A DNA stretch of 64,000 nt from Paragordius varius (GCA_964247055.1 OZ176055.1:4898001-4962000); one strand, 5' to 3'. Numbered from the stretch's first letter, positions 24,108 through 40,000 are shown. A program made the numbers and translations. The notes: generated by a model from the letters alone, not told the origin.

Positions 24108-27100
24108 ATTTAGTGTTTTGACATTCTCTTAGGAAGTATACATCAAACTATACAGATAGTTTGACAAACTCTTTCATATCCAATTTTGACATAAATCAAT
24201 GTACAAAATCAGCATGTGTATCATTACATAAACTAGACTTTGCAATAAAAAATCGGCTCTTAGTCACCGCTAGATAAAATACTGTTTTTACATTCTCTTA
24301 GTAAGATTGCATCAAACTATACAGAGAGTTTAACAAACTGTTTCATATTCGATTTATACCGATAATTAAATTAAAATCATGATGCATATCATAACATTAA
24401 CTAGACTTTGCAATTAAAAATCGGCTCTTAGTCACCGCTCGATAAAATTACTATTTTTACATTTCTCTTGTAAGTCTGCATTAATCACAGATAATATGAC
24501 ATGCGTATCATTACAGAATTAAACTTTGGAATTAAATATCGGAGATTAGTCACGGTTAAACCATTTAGTGTTTTGACATTCTCTTAGGAAGTATACATCA
24601 AACTATACAGATAGTTTGACAAACTCTTTCATATCCAATTTTGACATAAATCAATGTACAAAACAGCATACATTTCTTTTGGTAAGACTGCATTAATCAC
24701 AAATAATATGACATGCGTATCATTACAAAATTAAACTTTGGAATTAAATATCGGATATTAGACACCGTTGGACCATTTAGTGTTTTGACATTCTCTTAGT
24801 AAGTTTACATCAAACTATACAGATAGTTTGACAAACTCTTTCATATCCAATTTTGACATAAATCAATGTACAAAACAGCATACATTTCTTTTGGTAAGAC
24901 TGCATTAATCACAAATAATATGACATGCGTATCATTACAAAATTAAACTTTGGAATTAAATATCGGATATTAGACACCGTTGGACCATTTAGTGTTTTGA
25001 CATTCTCTTAGTAAGTTTACATCAAACTATACAGATAGTTTGACAAACTCTTTCATATCCAATTTTGACATAAATCAATGTACAAAATCAGCATGTGTAT
25101 CATTACAAAAACTCGACTTTGCGATTAAAAATCGGCTCTTAGCCACCGCTAGATAAAATTATTATTTTTACATTTCTTTTGGTAAGACTGCATTAATCAC
25201 AAATAATATGACATGCGTATCATTACAGAATTAAACTTTGGAATTAAATATCGGATATTAGACACCGTTGGATCATTTAGTGTTTTAACATTCTCTTAGG
25301 AAGTATACATCAAACTATACAGATAGTTTGACAAACTCTTTCATATCCAATTTTAGCATAAATCAATGTATATCAGCATGTGTATCATTACATAAACTCG
25401 ACGTTGCGATTAAAAATCGGCTCTTAGCCACCGCTAAATAAAATTATTATTTTTACATTTCTTTTGGTAAGACTGCATTAATCACAGATAATATGACATG
25501 CGTATCATTACAAAATTAAACTTTGGAATTAAATATCGGATATTAGTCACTGTTAAACCATTTAGTGTTTTGACATTCTCTTAGGAAGTATACATCAAAC
25601 TATACAGATAGTTTAACAAACTGTTTCATATTCGATTTTTACCGATAATTAAATTAAAATCATGATGCATATCATAACATTAACTGGACTTTGCAATTAA
25701 AAATCGGCTCTTAGTCACCGCTCGATAAAATTACTATTTTTACATTTCTCTTGTAAGTCTGCATTAATCACAGATAATATGACATGCGTATCATTACAGA
25801 ATTAAACTTTGGAATTAAATATTGGAGATTAGTCACGGTTAAACCATTTAGTGTTTTGACATTCTCTTAGGAAGTATACATCAAACTATACAGATAGTTT
25901 GACAAACTCTTTCATATCCAATTTTGACATAAATCAATGTACAAAACAGCATACATTTCTTTTGGTAAGACTGCATTAATCACAAATAATATGACATGCG
26001 TATCATTACAAAATTAAACTTTGGAATTAAATATCGGATATTAGACACCGTTGGACCATTTAGTGTTTTGACATTCTCTTAGTAAGTTTACATCAAACTA
26101 TACAGATAGTTTGACAAACTCTTTCATATCCAATTTTGACATAAATTAATGTACAAAATCAGCATGTGTATCATTACATAAACTAGACTTTGCGATTAAA
26201 AATCGGCTCTTAGTCACCGCTAGATAAAATTACTATTTTTACATTTTTCTTGGTAAGACTGCATCGTTACAGCAATTAAACTTTACAATTGTAAAAAGCG
26301 AAAAGGAATTTATTATTGCATATTGCATTATATATAGTTTTAAGACAAGGTTGCATTTTTGCATTAGGTTAAATATTACAATATTTAGATGAAAGAAGTC
26401 ACAACAAAGTTATATATTTGCATAAGGTAATCAATGTACAAAATCAGCATGTGTATCATTACATAAACTAGACTTTGCAATTAAAAATAGGCTCTTAGTC
26501 ACCGCTAGATAAAATACTGTTTTTACATTCTCTTAGTAAGATTGAATCAAACTATACAGAGAGTTTAACAAACTGTTTCATATTCAATTTTTACCGATAA
26601 TTAAATTAAAATCATGATGCATATCATAACATTAACTAGACTTTGCAATTAAAAATCGGCTCTTAGTCACCGCTCGATAAAATTACTATTTTTACATTTC
26701 TCTTGTAAGTCTGCATTAATCACAGATAATATGACATGCGTATCATTACAGAATTAAACTTTGGAATTAAATATCGGATATTAGACACCGTTGGACCATT
26801 TAGTGTTTTGACATTCTCTTAGGAAGTATACATCAAACTATACAGATAGTTTGACAAACTCTTTCATATCCAATTTTGACAAAAATCAATGTACAAAATG
26901 GGCATGTGTATCATTACATAAACTCGACTTTGCGATTAAAAATCGGCTCTTAGCCACCGCTAGATAAAATTATATTTTTACATTTCTTTTGGTAAGACTG
27001 CATTAATCACAAATAATATGACATGCGTATCATTACAAAATTAAACTTTGGAATTAAATATCGGATATTAGACACACAAATAATATGACATGCGTATCTT

Positions 27101-30100
27101 TACAGAATTAAAGTTTGGAATTAAATATCGGATTTTAGTCACCGTTAAACCATTTAGTGTTTTGACATTCTCTTAGGAAGTATACATCAAACTATACAGA
27201 TAGTTTGACAAACTCTTTCATATCCAATTTTGACATAAATCAATGTACAAAATCAGCATGTGTATCATTACATAAACTAGACTTTGCGATTAAAAATCGG
27301 CTCTTAGCTACCGCTAGATAAAATTATTATTTTTACATTTCTTTTGGTAAGACTGCATTAATCACAGATAATATGACATGCGTATCATTACAAAATTAAA
27401 CTTTGGAATTAAATATCGGATATTAGTCGCCGTTAAACCATTTAGTGTTTTGACATTCTCTTAGGAAGTATACATCAAACTATACAGATAGTTTGACAAA
27501 CTCTTTCATATCCAATTTTGACATAAATCAATGTACAAAATCAGCATGTGTATCATTACATAAACTAGACTTTGCGATTAAAAATCGGCTCTTAGTCACC
27601 GCTAGATAAAATTACTATTTTTACATTTTTCTTGGTAAGACTGCATCGTTACAGCAATTAAACTTTACAATTGTAAAAAGCGAAAAGGAATTTATTATTG
27701 CATATTGCATTATATATAGTTTTAAGACAAGGTTGCATTTTTGCATTAGGTTAAATATTACAATATTTAGATGAAAGAAGTCACAACAAAGTTATATATT
27801 TGCATAAGGTAATCAATGTACAAAATCAGCATGTGTATCATTACATAAACTAGACTTTGCAATTAAAAATAGGCTCTTAGTCACCGCTAGATAAAATACT
27901 GTTTTTACATTCTCTTAGTAAGATTGCATCAAACTATACAGAGAGTTTAACAAACTGTTTCATATTCGATTTATACCGATAATTAAATTAAAATCATGAT
28001 GCATATCATAACATTAACTAGACTTTGCAATTAAAAATCGGCTCTTAGTCACCGCTCGATAAAATTACTATTTTTACATTTCTCTTGTAAGTCTGCATTA
28101 ATCACAGATAATATGACATGCGTATCATTACAGAATTAAACTTTGGAATTAAATATCGGAGATTAGTCACCGTTAAACCATTTAGTGTTTTGACATTCTC
28201 TTAGGAAGTATACATCAAACTATACAGATAGTTTGACAAACTCTTTCATATCCAATTTTGACATAAATCAATGTACAAAATCAGCATGTGTATCATTACA
28301 TAAACTAGACTTTGCAATAAAAAATCGGCTCTTAGTCACCGCTAGATAAAATACTGTTTTTACATTCTCTTAGTAAGATTGCATCAAACTATACAGAGAG
28401 TTTAACAAACTGTTTCATATTCGATTTATACCGATAATTAAATTAAAATCATGATGCATATCATAACATTAACTAGACTTTGCAATTAAAAATCGGCTCT
28501 TAGTCACCGCTCGATAAAATTACTATTTTTACATTTCTCTTGTAAGTCTGCATTAATCACAGATAATATGACATGCGTATCATTACAGAATTAAACTTTG
28601 GAATTAAATATCGGAGATTAGTCACGGTTAAACCATTTAGTGTTTTGACATTCTCTTAGGAAGTATACATCAAACTCTTTCATATCCAATTTTGACATAA
28701 ATCAATGTACAAAACAGCATACATTTCTTTTGGTAAGACTGCATTAATCAGAAATAATATGACATGCGTATCATTACAAAATTAAATTTTGGAATTAAAT
28801 ATCGGATATTAGACACCGTTGGACCATTTAGTGTTTTGACATTCTCTTAGTAAGTTTACATCAAACTATACAGATAGTTTGACAAACTCTTTCATATCCA
28901 ATTTTGACATAAATCAATGTACAAAATCAGCATGTGTATCATTACAAAAACTCGACTTTGCGATTAAAAATCGGCTCTTAGCCACCGCTAGATAAAATTA
29001 TTATTTTTACATTTCTTTTGGTAAGACTGCATTAATCACAAAAAATATGACATGCGTATCTTTACAGAATTAAAGTTTGGAATTAAATATCGGATATTAG
29101 TCACCGTTAAACCATTTAGTGTTTTGACATTCTCTTAGGAAGTATACATCAAACTATACAGATAGTTTGACAAACTCTTTCATATCCAATTTTGACATAA
29201 ATCAATGTACAAAATCAGCATGTGTATCATTACATAAACTAGACTTTGCGATTAAAAATCGGCTCTTAGTCACCGCTAGATAAAATTACTATTTTTACAT
29301 TTTTCTTGGTAAGACTGCATCGTTACAGCAATTAAACTTTACAATTGTAAAAAGCGAAAAGGAATTTATTATTGCATATTGCATTATATATAGTTTTAAG
29401 ACAAGGTTGCATTTTTGCATTAGGTTAAATATTACAATATTTAGATGAAAGAAGTCACAACAAAGTTATATATTTGCATAAGGTTCAATATTACAGTATT
29501 TAGGTGAAAGCATTCACAACCAAGATAATATACTTTTTTAGCGTAACAAGGACAAAGGTGTATTATGCACTAAGGTAAGAGAGAATAATATTATATTTTC
29601 ATAAGTTAACTATTATAAGGTCATTGAGTTAAGTTAACAAAAACAATTAAGTTATATAACATGTCCCCGCTGACAAAATAGTGTTTTGACATTCTCTTAG
29701 TAAGAGTACATCAAACTATACAGATAGTTTGACAAACTCTTTCATATCCGATTTTGACAAAGATATTGTAAATCAATGTACAAAATAAGCATGTGTATCA
29801 TTACATAAACTAGACTTTGCGATTAGAAATCGGCTCTTAGTCACCGCTCGATATACTTAGTAATTTTATATTTCTCTTGTAAGACTGCATTAATCACAGA
29901 TAATATGACATGCGTATCATTACAGAATTAAACTTTGGAATTAAATATCGGATATTAGACACCGTTGGATCATTTAGTGTTTTAACATTCTCTTAGGAAG
30001 TATACATCAAACTATACAGATAGTTTGACAAACTCTTTCATATCCAATTTTAGCATAAATCAATGTATATCAGCATGTGTATCATTACATAAACTCGACG

Positions 30101-31679
30101 TTGCGATTAAAAATCGGCTCTTAGCCACCGCTAAATAAAATTATTATTTTTACATTTCTTTTGGTAAGACTGCATTAATCACAGATAATATGACATGCGT
30201 ATCATTACAAAATTAAACTTTGGAATTAAATATCGGATATTAGTCACTGTTAAACCATTTAGTGTTTTGACATTCTCTTAGGAAGTATACATCAAACTAT
30301 ACAGATAGTTTAACAAACTGTTTCATATTCGATTTTTACCGATAATTAAATTAAAATCATGATGCATATCATAACATTAACTGGACTTTGCAATTAAAAA
30401 TCGGCTCTTAGTCACCGCTCGATAAAATTACTATTTTTACATTTCTCTTGTAAGTCTGCATTAATCACAGATAATATGACATGCGTATCATTACAGAATT
30501 AAACTTTGGAATTAAATATTGGAGATTAGTCACGGTTAAACCATTTAGTGTTTTGACATTCTCTTAGGAAGTATACATCAAACTATACAGATAGTTTGAC
30601 AAACTCTTTCATATCCAATTTTGACATAAATCAATGTACAAAACAGCATACATTTCTTTTGGTAAGACTGCATTAATCACAAATAATATGACATGCGTAT
30701 CATTACAGAATTAAACTTTGGAATTAAATATCGGAGATTAGTCACCGTTAAACCATTTAGTGTTTTGACATTCTCTTAGGAAGTATACATCAAACTATAC
30801 AGATAGTTTGACAAACTCTTTCATATCCAATTTTGACATAAATCAATGTACAAAATCAGCATGTGTATCATTACATAAACTAGACTTTGCAATAAAAAAT
30901 CGGCTCTTAGTCACCGCTAGATAAAATACTGTTTTTACATTCTCTTAGTATGATTGCATCAAACTATACAGAGAGTTTAACAAACTGTTTCATATTCGAT
31001 TTATACCGATAATTAAATTAAAATCATGATGCATATCATAACATTAACTAGACTTTGCAATTAAAAATCGGCTCTTAGTCACCGCTTGATAAAATTACTA
31101 TTTTTACATTTCTCTTGTAAGTCTGCATTAATCACAGATAATATGACATGCGTATCATTACAGAATTAAACTTTGGAATTAAATATCGGAGATTAGTCAC
31201 GGTTAAACCATTTAGTGTTTTGACATTCTCTTAGGAAGTATACATCAAACTCTTTCATATCCAATTTTGACATAAATCAATGTACAAAACAGCATACATT
31301 TCTATTGGTAAGACTGCATTAATCACAAATAATATGACATGCGTATCATTACAAAATTAAATTTTGGAATTAAATATCGGATATTAGACACCGTTGGACC
31401 ATTTAGTGTTTTGACATTCTCTTAGTAAGTTTACATCAAACTATACAGATAGTTTGACAAACTCTTTCATATCCAATTTTGACATAAATCAATGTACAAA
31501 ATCAGCATGTGTATCATTACAAAAACTCGACTTTGCGATTAAAAATCGGCTCTTAGCCACCGCTAGATAAAATTATTATTTTTACATTTCTTTTGGTAAG
31601 ACTGCATTAATCACAAATAATATGACATGCGTATCTTTACAGAATTAAAGTTTGGAATTAAATATCGGATATTAGTCAC

Positions 31680-34600
31680 CGTTAAACCATTTAGTGTTTT
31701 GACATTCTCTTAGAAAGTATACATCAAACTATACAGATAGTTTGACAAACTCTTTCATATCCAATTTTGACATAAATCAATGTACAAAATCAGCATGTGT
31801 ATCATTACATAAACTAGACTTTGCGATTAAAAATCGGCTCTTAGTCACCGCTAGATAAAATTACTATTTTTACATTTTTCTTGGTAAAACTGCATCGTTA
31901 CAGCAATTAAACTTTACAATTGTAAAAAGCGAAAAGGAATTTATTATTGCATATTGCATTATATATAGTTTTAAGACAAGGTTGCATTTTTGCATTAGGT
32001 TAAATATTACAATATTTAGATGAAAGAAGTCACAACAAAGTTAGATATTTGCATAATGTTCAATATTACAGTATTTAGGTGAAAGCATTAACAACCAAGA
32101 TAATATACTTTTTTAGCGTAACAAGGACAAAGGTGTATTATGCACTAAGGTAAGAGAGAATAATATTATATTTTCATAAGTTAACTATTATAAGGTCATT
32201 GAGTTAAGTTAACAAAAACAATTAAGTTATATAACATGTCCCCGCTGACAAAATAGTGTTTTGACATTCTCTTAGTAAGAGTACATCAAACTATACAGAT
32301 AGTTTGACAAACTCTTTCATATCCGATTTTGACAAAGATATTGTAAATCAATGTACAAAATAAGCATGTGTATCATTACATAAACTAGACTTTGCGATTA
32401 GAAATCGGCTCTTAGTCACCGCTCGATATACTTAGTAATTTTATATTTCTCTTGTAAGACTGCATTAATCACAGATAATATGACATGCGTATCATTACAG
32501 AATTAAACTTTGGAATTAAATATCGGATATTAGACACCGTTGGATCACTTAGTGTTTTAACATTCTCTTAGGAAGTATACATCAAACTATACAGATAGTT
32601 TGACAAACTCTTTCATATCCAATTTTAGCATAAATCAATGTATATCAGCATGTGTATCATTACATAAACTCGACGTTGCGATTAAAAATCGGCTCTTAGC
32701 CACCGCTAAATAAAATTATTATTTTTATATTTCTTTTGGTAAGACTGCATTAATCACAGATAATATGACATGCGTATCATTACAAAATTAAACTTTGGAA
32801 TTAAATATCGGATATTAGTCACTGTTAAACCATTTAGTGTTTTGACATTCTCTTAGGAAGTATACATCAAACTATACAGATAGTTTAACAAACTGTTTCT
32901 TATTCGATTTTTACCGATAATTAAATTAAAATCATGATGCATATCATAACATTAACTGGACTTTGCAATTAAAAATCGGCTCTTAGTCACCGCTCGATAA
33001 AATTACTATTTTTACATTTCTCTTGTAAGTCTGCATTAATCACAGATAATATGACATGCGTATCATTACAGAATTAAACTTTGGAATTAAATATTGGAGA
33101 TTAGTCACGGTTAAACCATTTAGTGTTTTGACATTCTCTTAGGAAGTATACATCAAACTATACAGATAGTTTGACAAACTCTTTCATATCCAATTTTGAC
33201 ATAAATCAATGTACAAAACAGCATACATTTCTTTTGGTAAGACTGCATTAATCACAAATAATATGACATGCGTATTATTACAAAATTAAACTTTGGAATT
33301 AAATATCGGATATTAGACACCGTTGGACCATTTAGTGTTTTGACATTCTCTTAGTAAGTTTACATCAAACTATACAGATAGTTTGACAAACTCTTTCATA
33401 TCCAATTTTGACATAAATTAATGTACAAAATCAGCATGTGTATCATTACATAAACTAGACTTTGCGATTAAAAATCGGCTCTTAGTCACCGCTAGATAAA
33501 ATTACTATTTTTACATTTTTCTTGGTAAGACTGCATCGTTACAGCAATTAAACTTTACAATTGTAAAAAGCGAAAAGGAATTTATTATTGCATATTGCAT
33601 TATATATAGTTTTAAGACAAGGTTGCATTTTTGCATTAGGTTAAATATTACAATATTTAGATGAAAGAAGTCACAACAAAGTTATATATTTGCATAAGGT
33701 AATCAATGTACAAAATCAGCATGTGTATCATTACATAAACTAGACTTTGCAATTAAAAATAGGCTCTTAGTCACCGCTAGATAAAATACTGTTTTTACAT
33801 TCTCTTAGTAAGATTGAATCAAACTATACAGAGAGTTTAACAAACTGTTTCATATTCAATTTTTACCGATAATTAAATTAAAATCATGATGCATATCATA
33901 ACATTAACTAGACTTTGCAATTAAAAATCGGCTCTTAGTCACCGCTCGATAAAATTACTATTTTTACATTTCTCTTGTAAGTCTGCATTAATCACAGATA
34001 ATATGACATGCGTATCATTACAGAAAAACTTTGGAATTAAATATCGGATATTAGACACCGTTGGACCATTTAGTGTTTTGACATTCTCTTAGGAAGTATA
34101 CATCAAACTATACAGATAGTTTGACAAACTCTTTCATATCCAATTTTGACATAAATCAATGTACAAAATCAGCATGTGTATCATTACATAAACTAGACTT
34201 TGCGATTAAAAATCGGCTCTTAGCTACCGCTAGATAAAATTATTATTTTTACATTTCTTTTGGTAAGACTGCATTAATCACAGATAATATGACATGCGTA
34301 TCATTACAAAATTAAACTTTGGAATTAAATATCGGATATTAGTCACCGTTAAACCATTTAGTGTTTTGACATTCTCTTAGAAAGTATACATCAAACTATA
34401 CAGATAGTTTGACAAACTCTTTCATATCCAATTTTGACATAAATCAATGTACAAAATCAGCATGTGTATCATTACATAAACTAGACTTTGCGATTAAAAA
34501 TCGGCTCTTAGTCACCGCTAGATAAAATTACTATTTTTACATTTTTCTTGGTAAAACTGCATCGTTACAGCAATTAAACTTTACAATTGTAAAAAGCGAA

Positions 34601-37040
34601 AAGGAATTTATTATTGCATATTGCATTATATATAGTTTTAAGACAAGGTTGCATTTTTGCATTAGGTTAAATATTACAATATTTAGATGAAAGAAGTCAC
34701 AACAAAGTTAGATATTTGCATAATGTTCAATATTACAGTATTTAGGTGAAAGCATTAACAACCAAGATAATATACTTTTTTAGCGTAACAAGGACAAAGG
34801 TGTATTATGCACTAAGGTAAGAGAGAATAATATTATATTTTCATAAGTTAACTATTATAAGGTCATTGAGTTAAGTTAACAAAAACAATTAAGTTATATA
34901 ACATGTCCCCGCTGACAAAATAGTGTTTTGACATTCTCTTAGTAAGAGTACATCAAACTATACAGATAGTTTGACAAACTCTTTCATATCCGATTTTGAC
35001 AAAGATATTGTAAATCAATGTACAAAATAAGCATGTGTATCATTACATAAACTAGACTTTGCGATTAGAAATCGGCTCTTAGTCACCGCTCGATATACTT
35101 AGTAATTTTATATTTCTCTTGTAAGACTGCATTAATCACAGATAATATGACATGCGTATCATTACAGAATTAAACTTTGGAATTAAATATCGGATATTAG
35201 ACACCGTTGGATCACTTAGTGTTTTAACATTCTCTTAGGAAGTATACATCAAACTATACAGATAGTTTGACAAACTCTTTCATATCCAATTTTAGCATAA
35301 ATCAATGTATATCAGCATGTGTATCATTACATAAACTCGACGTTGCGATTAAAAATCGGCTCTTAGCCACCGCTAAATAAAATTATTATTTTTATATTTC
35401 TTTTGGTAAGACTGCATTAATCACAGATAATATGACATGCGTATCATTACAAAATTAAACTTTGGAATTAAATATCGGATATTAGTCACTGTTAAACCAT
35501 TTAGTGTTTTGACATTCTCTTAGGAAGTATACATCAAACTATACAGATAGTTTAACAAACTGTTTCTTATTCGATTTTTACCGATAATTAAATTAAAATC
35601 ATGATGCATATCATAACATTAACTGGACTTTGCAATTAAAAATCGGCTCTTAGTCACCGCTCGATAAAATTACTATTTTTACATTTCTCTTGTAAGTCTG
35701 CATTAATCACAGATAATATGACATGCGTATCATTACAGAATTAAACTTTGGAATTAAATATTGGAGATTAGTCACGGTTAAACCATTTAGTGTTTTGACA
35801 TTCTCTTAGGAAGTATACATCAAACTATACAGATAGTTTGACAAACTCTTTCATATCCAATTTTGACATAAATCAATGTACAAAACAGCATACATTTCTT
35901 TTGGTAAGACTGCATTAATCACAAATAATATGACATGCGTATTATTACAAAATTAAACTTTGGAATTAAATATCGGATATTAGACACCGTTGGACCATTT
36001 AGTGTTTTGACATTCTCTTAGTAAGTTTACATCAAACTATACAGATAGTTTGACAAACTCTTTCATATCCAATTTTGACATAAATTAATGTACAAAATCA
36101 GCATGTGTATCATTACATAAACTAGACTTTGCGATTAAAAATCGGCTCTTAGTCACCGCTAGATAAAATTACTATTTTTACATTTTTCTTGGTAAGACTG
36201 CATCGTTACAGCAATTAAACTTTACAATTGTAAAAAGCGAAAAGGAATTTATTATTGCATATTGCATTATATATAGTTTTAAGACAAGGTTGCATTTTTG
36301 CATTAGGTTAAATATTACAATATTTAGATGAAAGAAGTCACAACAAAGTTATATATTTGCATAAGGTAATCAATGTACAAAATCAGCATGTGTATCATTA
36401 CATAAACTAGACTTTGCAATTAAAAATAGGCTCTTAGTCACCGCTAGATAAAATACTGTTTTTACATTCTCTTAGTAAGATTGAATCAAACTATACAGAG
36501 AGTTTAACAAACTGTTTCATATTCAATTTTTACCGATAATTAAATTAAAATCATGATGCATATCATAACATTAACTAGACTTTGCAATTAAAAATCGGCT
36601 CTTAGTCACCGCTCGATAAAATTACTATTTTTACATTTCTCTTGTAAGTCTGCATTAATCACAGATAATATGACATGCGTATCATTACAGAAAAACTTTG
36701 GAATTAAATATCGGATATTAGACACCGTTGGACCATTTAGTGTTTTGACATTCTCTTAGGAAGTATACATCAAACTATACAGATAGTTTGACAAACTCTT
36801 TCATATCCAATTTTGACATAAATCAATGTACAAAATCAGCATGTGTATCATTACATAAACTAGACTTTGCGATTAAAAATCGGCTCTTAGCTACCGCTAG
36901 ATAAAATTATTATTTTTACATTTCTTTTGGTAAGACTGCATTAATCACAGATAATATGACATGCGTATCATTACAAAATTAAACTTTGGAATTAAATATC
37001 GGATATTAGTCACCGTTAAACCATTTAGTGTTTTGACATT
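31680..37040 (+). repeat. Direct tandem duplication, period 2667 bp
   Basis: Module E anchors 31892/34559 and 33533/36200. Private variants GGATCACTT, GTTTCTTATT and CGTATTATT are present in both copies. Confidence 0.88.
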
Positions 37041-40000
37041 CTCTAAGGAAGTATACATCAAACTATACAGATAGTTTGACAAACTCTTTCATATCCAATT
37101 TTGACATAAATCAATGTACAAAATCAGCATGTGTATCATTACATAAACTAGACTTTGCGATTAAAAATCGGCTCTTAGTCACCGCTAGATAAAATTACTA
37201 TTTTTACATTTTTCTTGGTAAGACTGCATCGTTACAGCAATTAAACTTTACAATTGTAAAAAGCGAAAAGGAATTTATTATTGCATATTGCATTATATAT
37301 AGTTTTAAGACAAGGTTGCATTTTTGCATTAGGTTAAATATTACAATATTTAGATGAAAGAAGTCACAACAAAGTTATATATTTGCATAAGGTAATCAAT
37401 GTACAAAATCAGCATGTGTATCATTACATAAACTAGACTTTGCAATTAAAAATAGGCTCTTAGTCACCGCTAGATAAAATACTGTTTTTACATTCTCTTA
37501 GTAAGATTGCATCAAACTATACAGAGAGTTTAACAAACTGTTTCATATTCGATTTATACCGATAATTAAATTAAAATCATGATGCATATCATAACATTAA
37601 CTAGACTTTGCAATTAAAAATCGGCTCTTAGTCACCGCTCGATAAAATTACTATTTTTACATTTCTCTTGTAAGTCTGCATTAATCACAGATAATATGAC
37701 ATGCGTATCATTACAGAATTAAACTTTGGAATTAAATATCGGATATTAGATACCGTTGGACCATTTAGTGTTTTGACATTCTCTTAGGAAGTATACATCA
37801 AACTATACAGATAGTTTGACAAACTCTTTCATATCCAATTTTGACATAAATCAATGTACAAAATCAGCATGTGTATCATTACAAAAACTCGACTTTGCGA
37901 TTAAAAATCGGCTCTTAGCCACCGCTAGATAAAATTATTATTTTTACATTTCTTTTGGTAAGACTGCATTAATCACAAATAATATGACATGCGTATCTTT
38001 ACAGAATTAAAGTTTGGAATTAAATATCGGATATTAGTCACCGTTAAACCATTTAGTGTTTTGACATTCTCTTAGGAAGTATACATCAAACTATACAGAT
38101 AGTTTGACAAACTCTTTCATATCCAATTTTGACATAAATCAATGTACAAAATCAGCATGTGTATCATTACATAAACTAGACTTTGCGATTAATAATCGGC
38201 TCTTAGTCACCGCTAGATAAAATTACTATTTTTACATTTTTCTTGGTAAGACTGCATCGTTACAGCAATTAAACTTTACAATTGTAAAAAGCGAAAAGGA
38301 ATTTATTATTGCATATTGCATTATATATAGTTTTAAGACAAGGTTGCATTTTTGCATTAGGTTAAATATTACAATATTTAGATGAAAGAAGTCACAACAA
38401 AGTTATATATTTGCATAAGGTTCAATATTACAGTATTTAGGTGAAAGCATTCACAACCAAGATAATATACTTTTTTAGCGTAACAAGGACAAAGGTGTAT
38501 TATGCACTAAGGTAAGAGAGAATAATATTATATTTTCATAAGTTAACTATTATAAGGTCATTGAGTTAAGTTAACAAAAACAATTAAGTTATATAACATG
38601 TCCCCGCTGACAAAATAGTGTTTTGACATTCTCTTAGTAAGAGTACATCAAACTATACAGATAGTTTGACAAACTCTTTCATATCCGATTTTGACAAAGA
38701 TATTGTAAATCAATGTACAAAATAAGCATGTGTATCATTACATAAACTAGACTTTGCGATTAGAAATCGGCTCTTAGTCACCGCTCGATATACTTAGTAA
38801 TTTTATATTTCTCTTGTAAGACTGCATTAATCACAGATAATATGACATGCGTATCATTACAGAATTAAACTTTGGAATTAAATATCGGATATTAGACACC
38901 GTTGGATCATTTAGTGTTTTAACATTCTCTTAGGAAGTATACATCAAACTATACAGATAGTTTGACAAACTCTTTCATATCCAATTTTAGCATAAATCAA
39001 TGTATATCAGCATGTGTATCATTACATAAACTCGACGTTGCGATTAAAAATCGGCTCTTAGCCACCGCTAAATAAAATTATTATTTTTACATTTTTCTTG
39101 GTAAGACTGCATCGTTACAGCAATTAAACTTTACAATTGTAAAAAGCGAAAAGGAATTTATTATTGCATATTGCATTATATATAGTTTTAAGACAAGGTT
39201 GCATTTTTGCATTAGGTTAAATATTACAATATTTAGATGAAAGAAGTCACAACAAAGTTATATATTTGCATAAGGTAATCAATGTACAAAATCAGCATGT
39301 GTATCATTACATAAACTAGACTTTGCAATTAAAAATAGGCTCTTAGTCACCGCTAGATAAAATACTGTTTTTACATTCTCTTAGTAAGATTGAATCAAAC
39401 TATACAGAGAGTTTAACAAACTGTTTCATATTCAATTTTTACCGATAATTAAATTAAAATCATGATGCATATCATAACATTAACTAGACTTTGCAATTAA
39501 AAATCGGCTCTTAGTCACCGCTCGATAAAATTACTATTTTTACATTTCTCTTGTAAGTCTGCATTAATCACAGATAATATGACATGCGTATCATTACAGA
39601 ATTAAACTTTGGAATTAAATATCGGATATTAGACACCGTTGGACCATTTAGTGTTTTGACATTCTCTTAGGAAGTATACATCAAACTATACAGATAGTTT
39701 GACAAACTCTTTCATATCCAATTTTGACATAAATCAATGTACAAAATCAGCATGTGTATCATTACATAAACTAGACTTTGCGATTAAAAATCGGCTCTTA
39801 GCTACCGCTAGATAAAATTATTATTTTTACATTTCTTTTGGTAAGACTGCATTAATCACAGATAATATGACATGCGTATCATTACAAAATTAAACTTTGG
39901 AATTAAATATCGGATATTAGTCACCGTTAAACCATTTAGTGTTTTGACATTCTCTTAGGAAGTATACATCAAACTATACAGATAGTTTGACAAACTCTTT

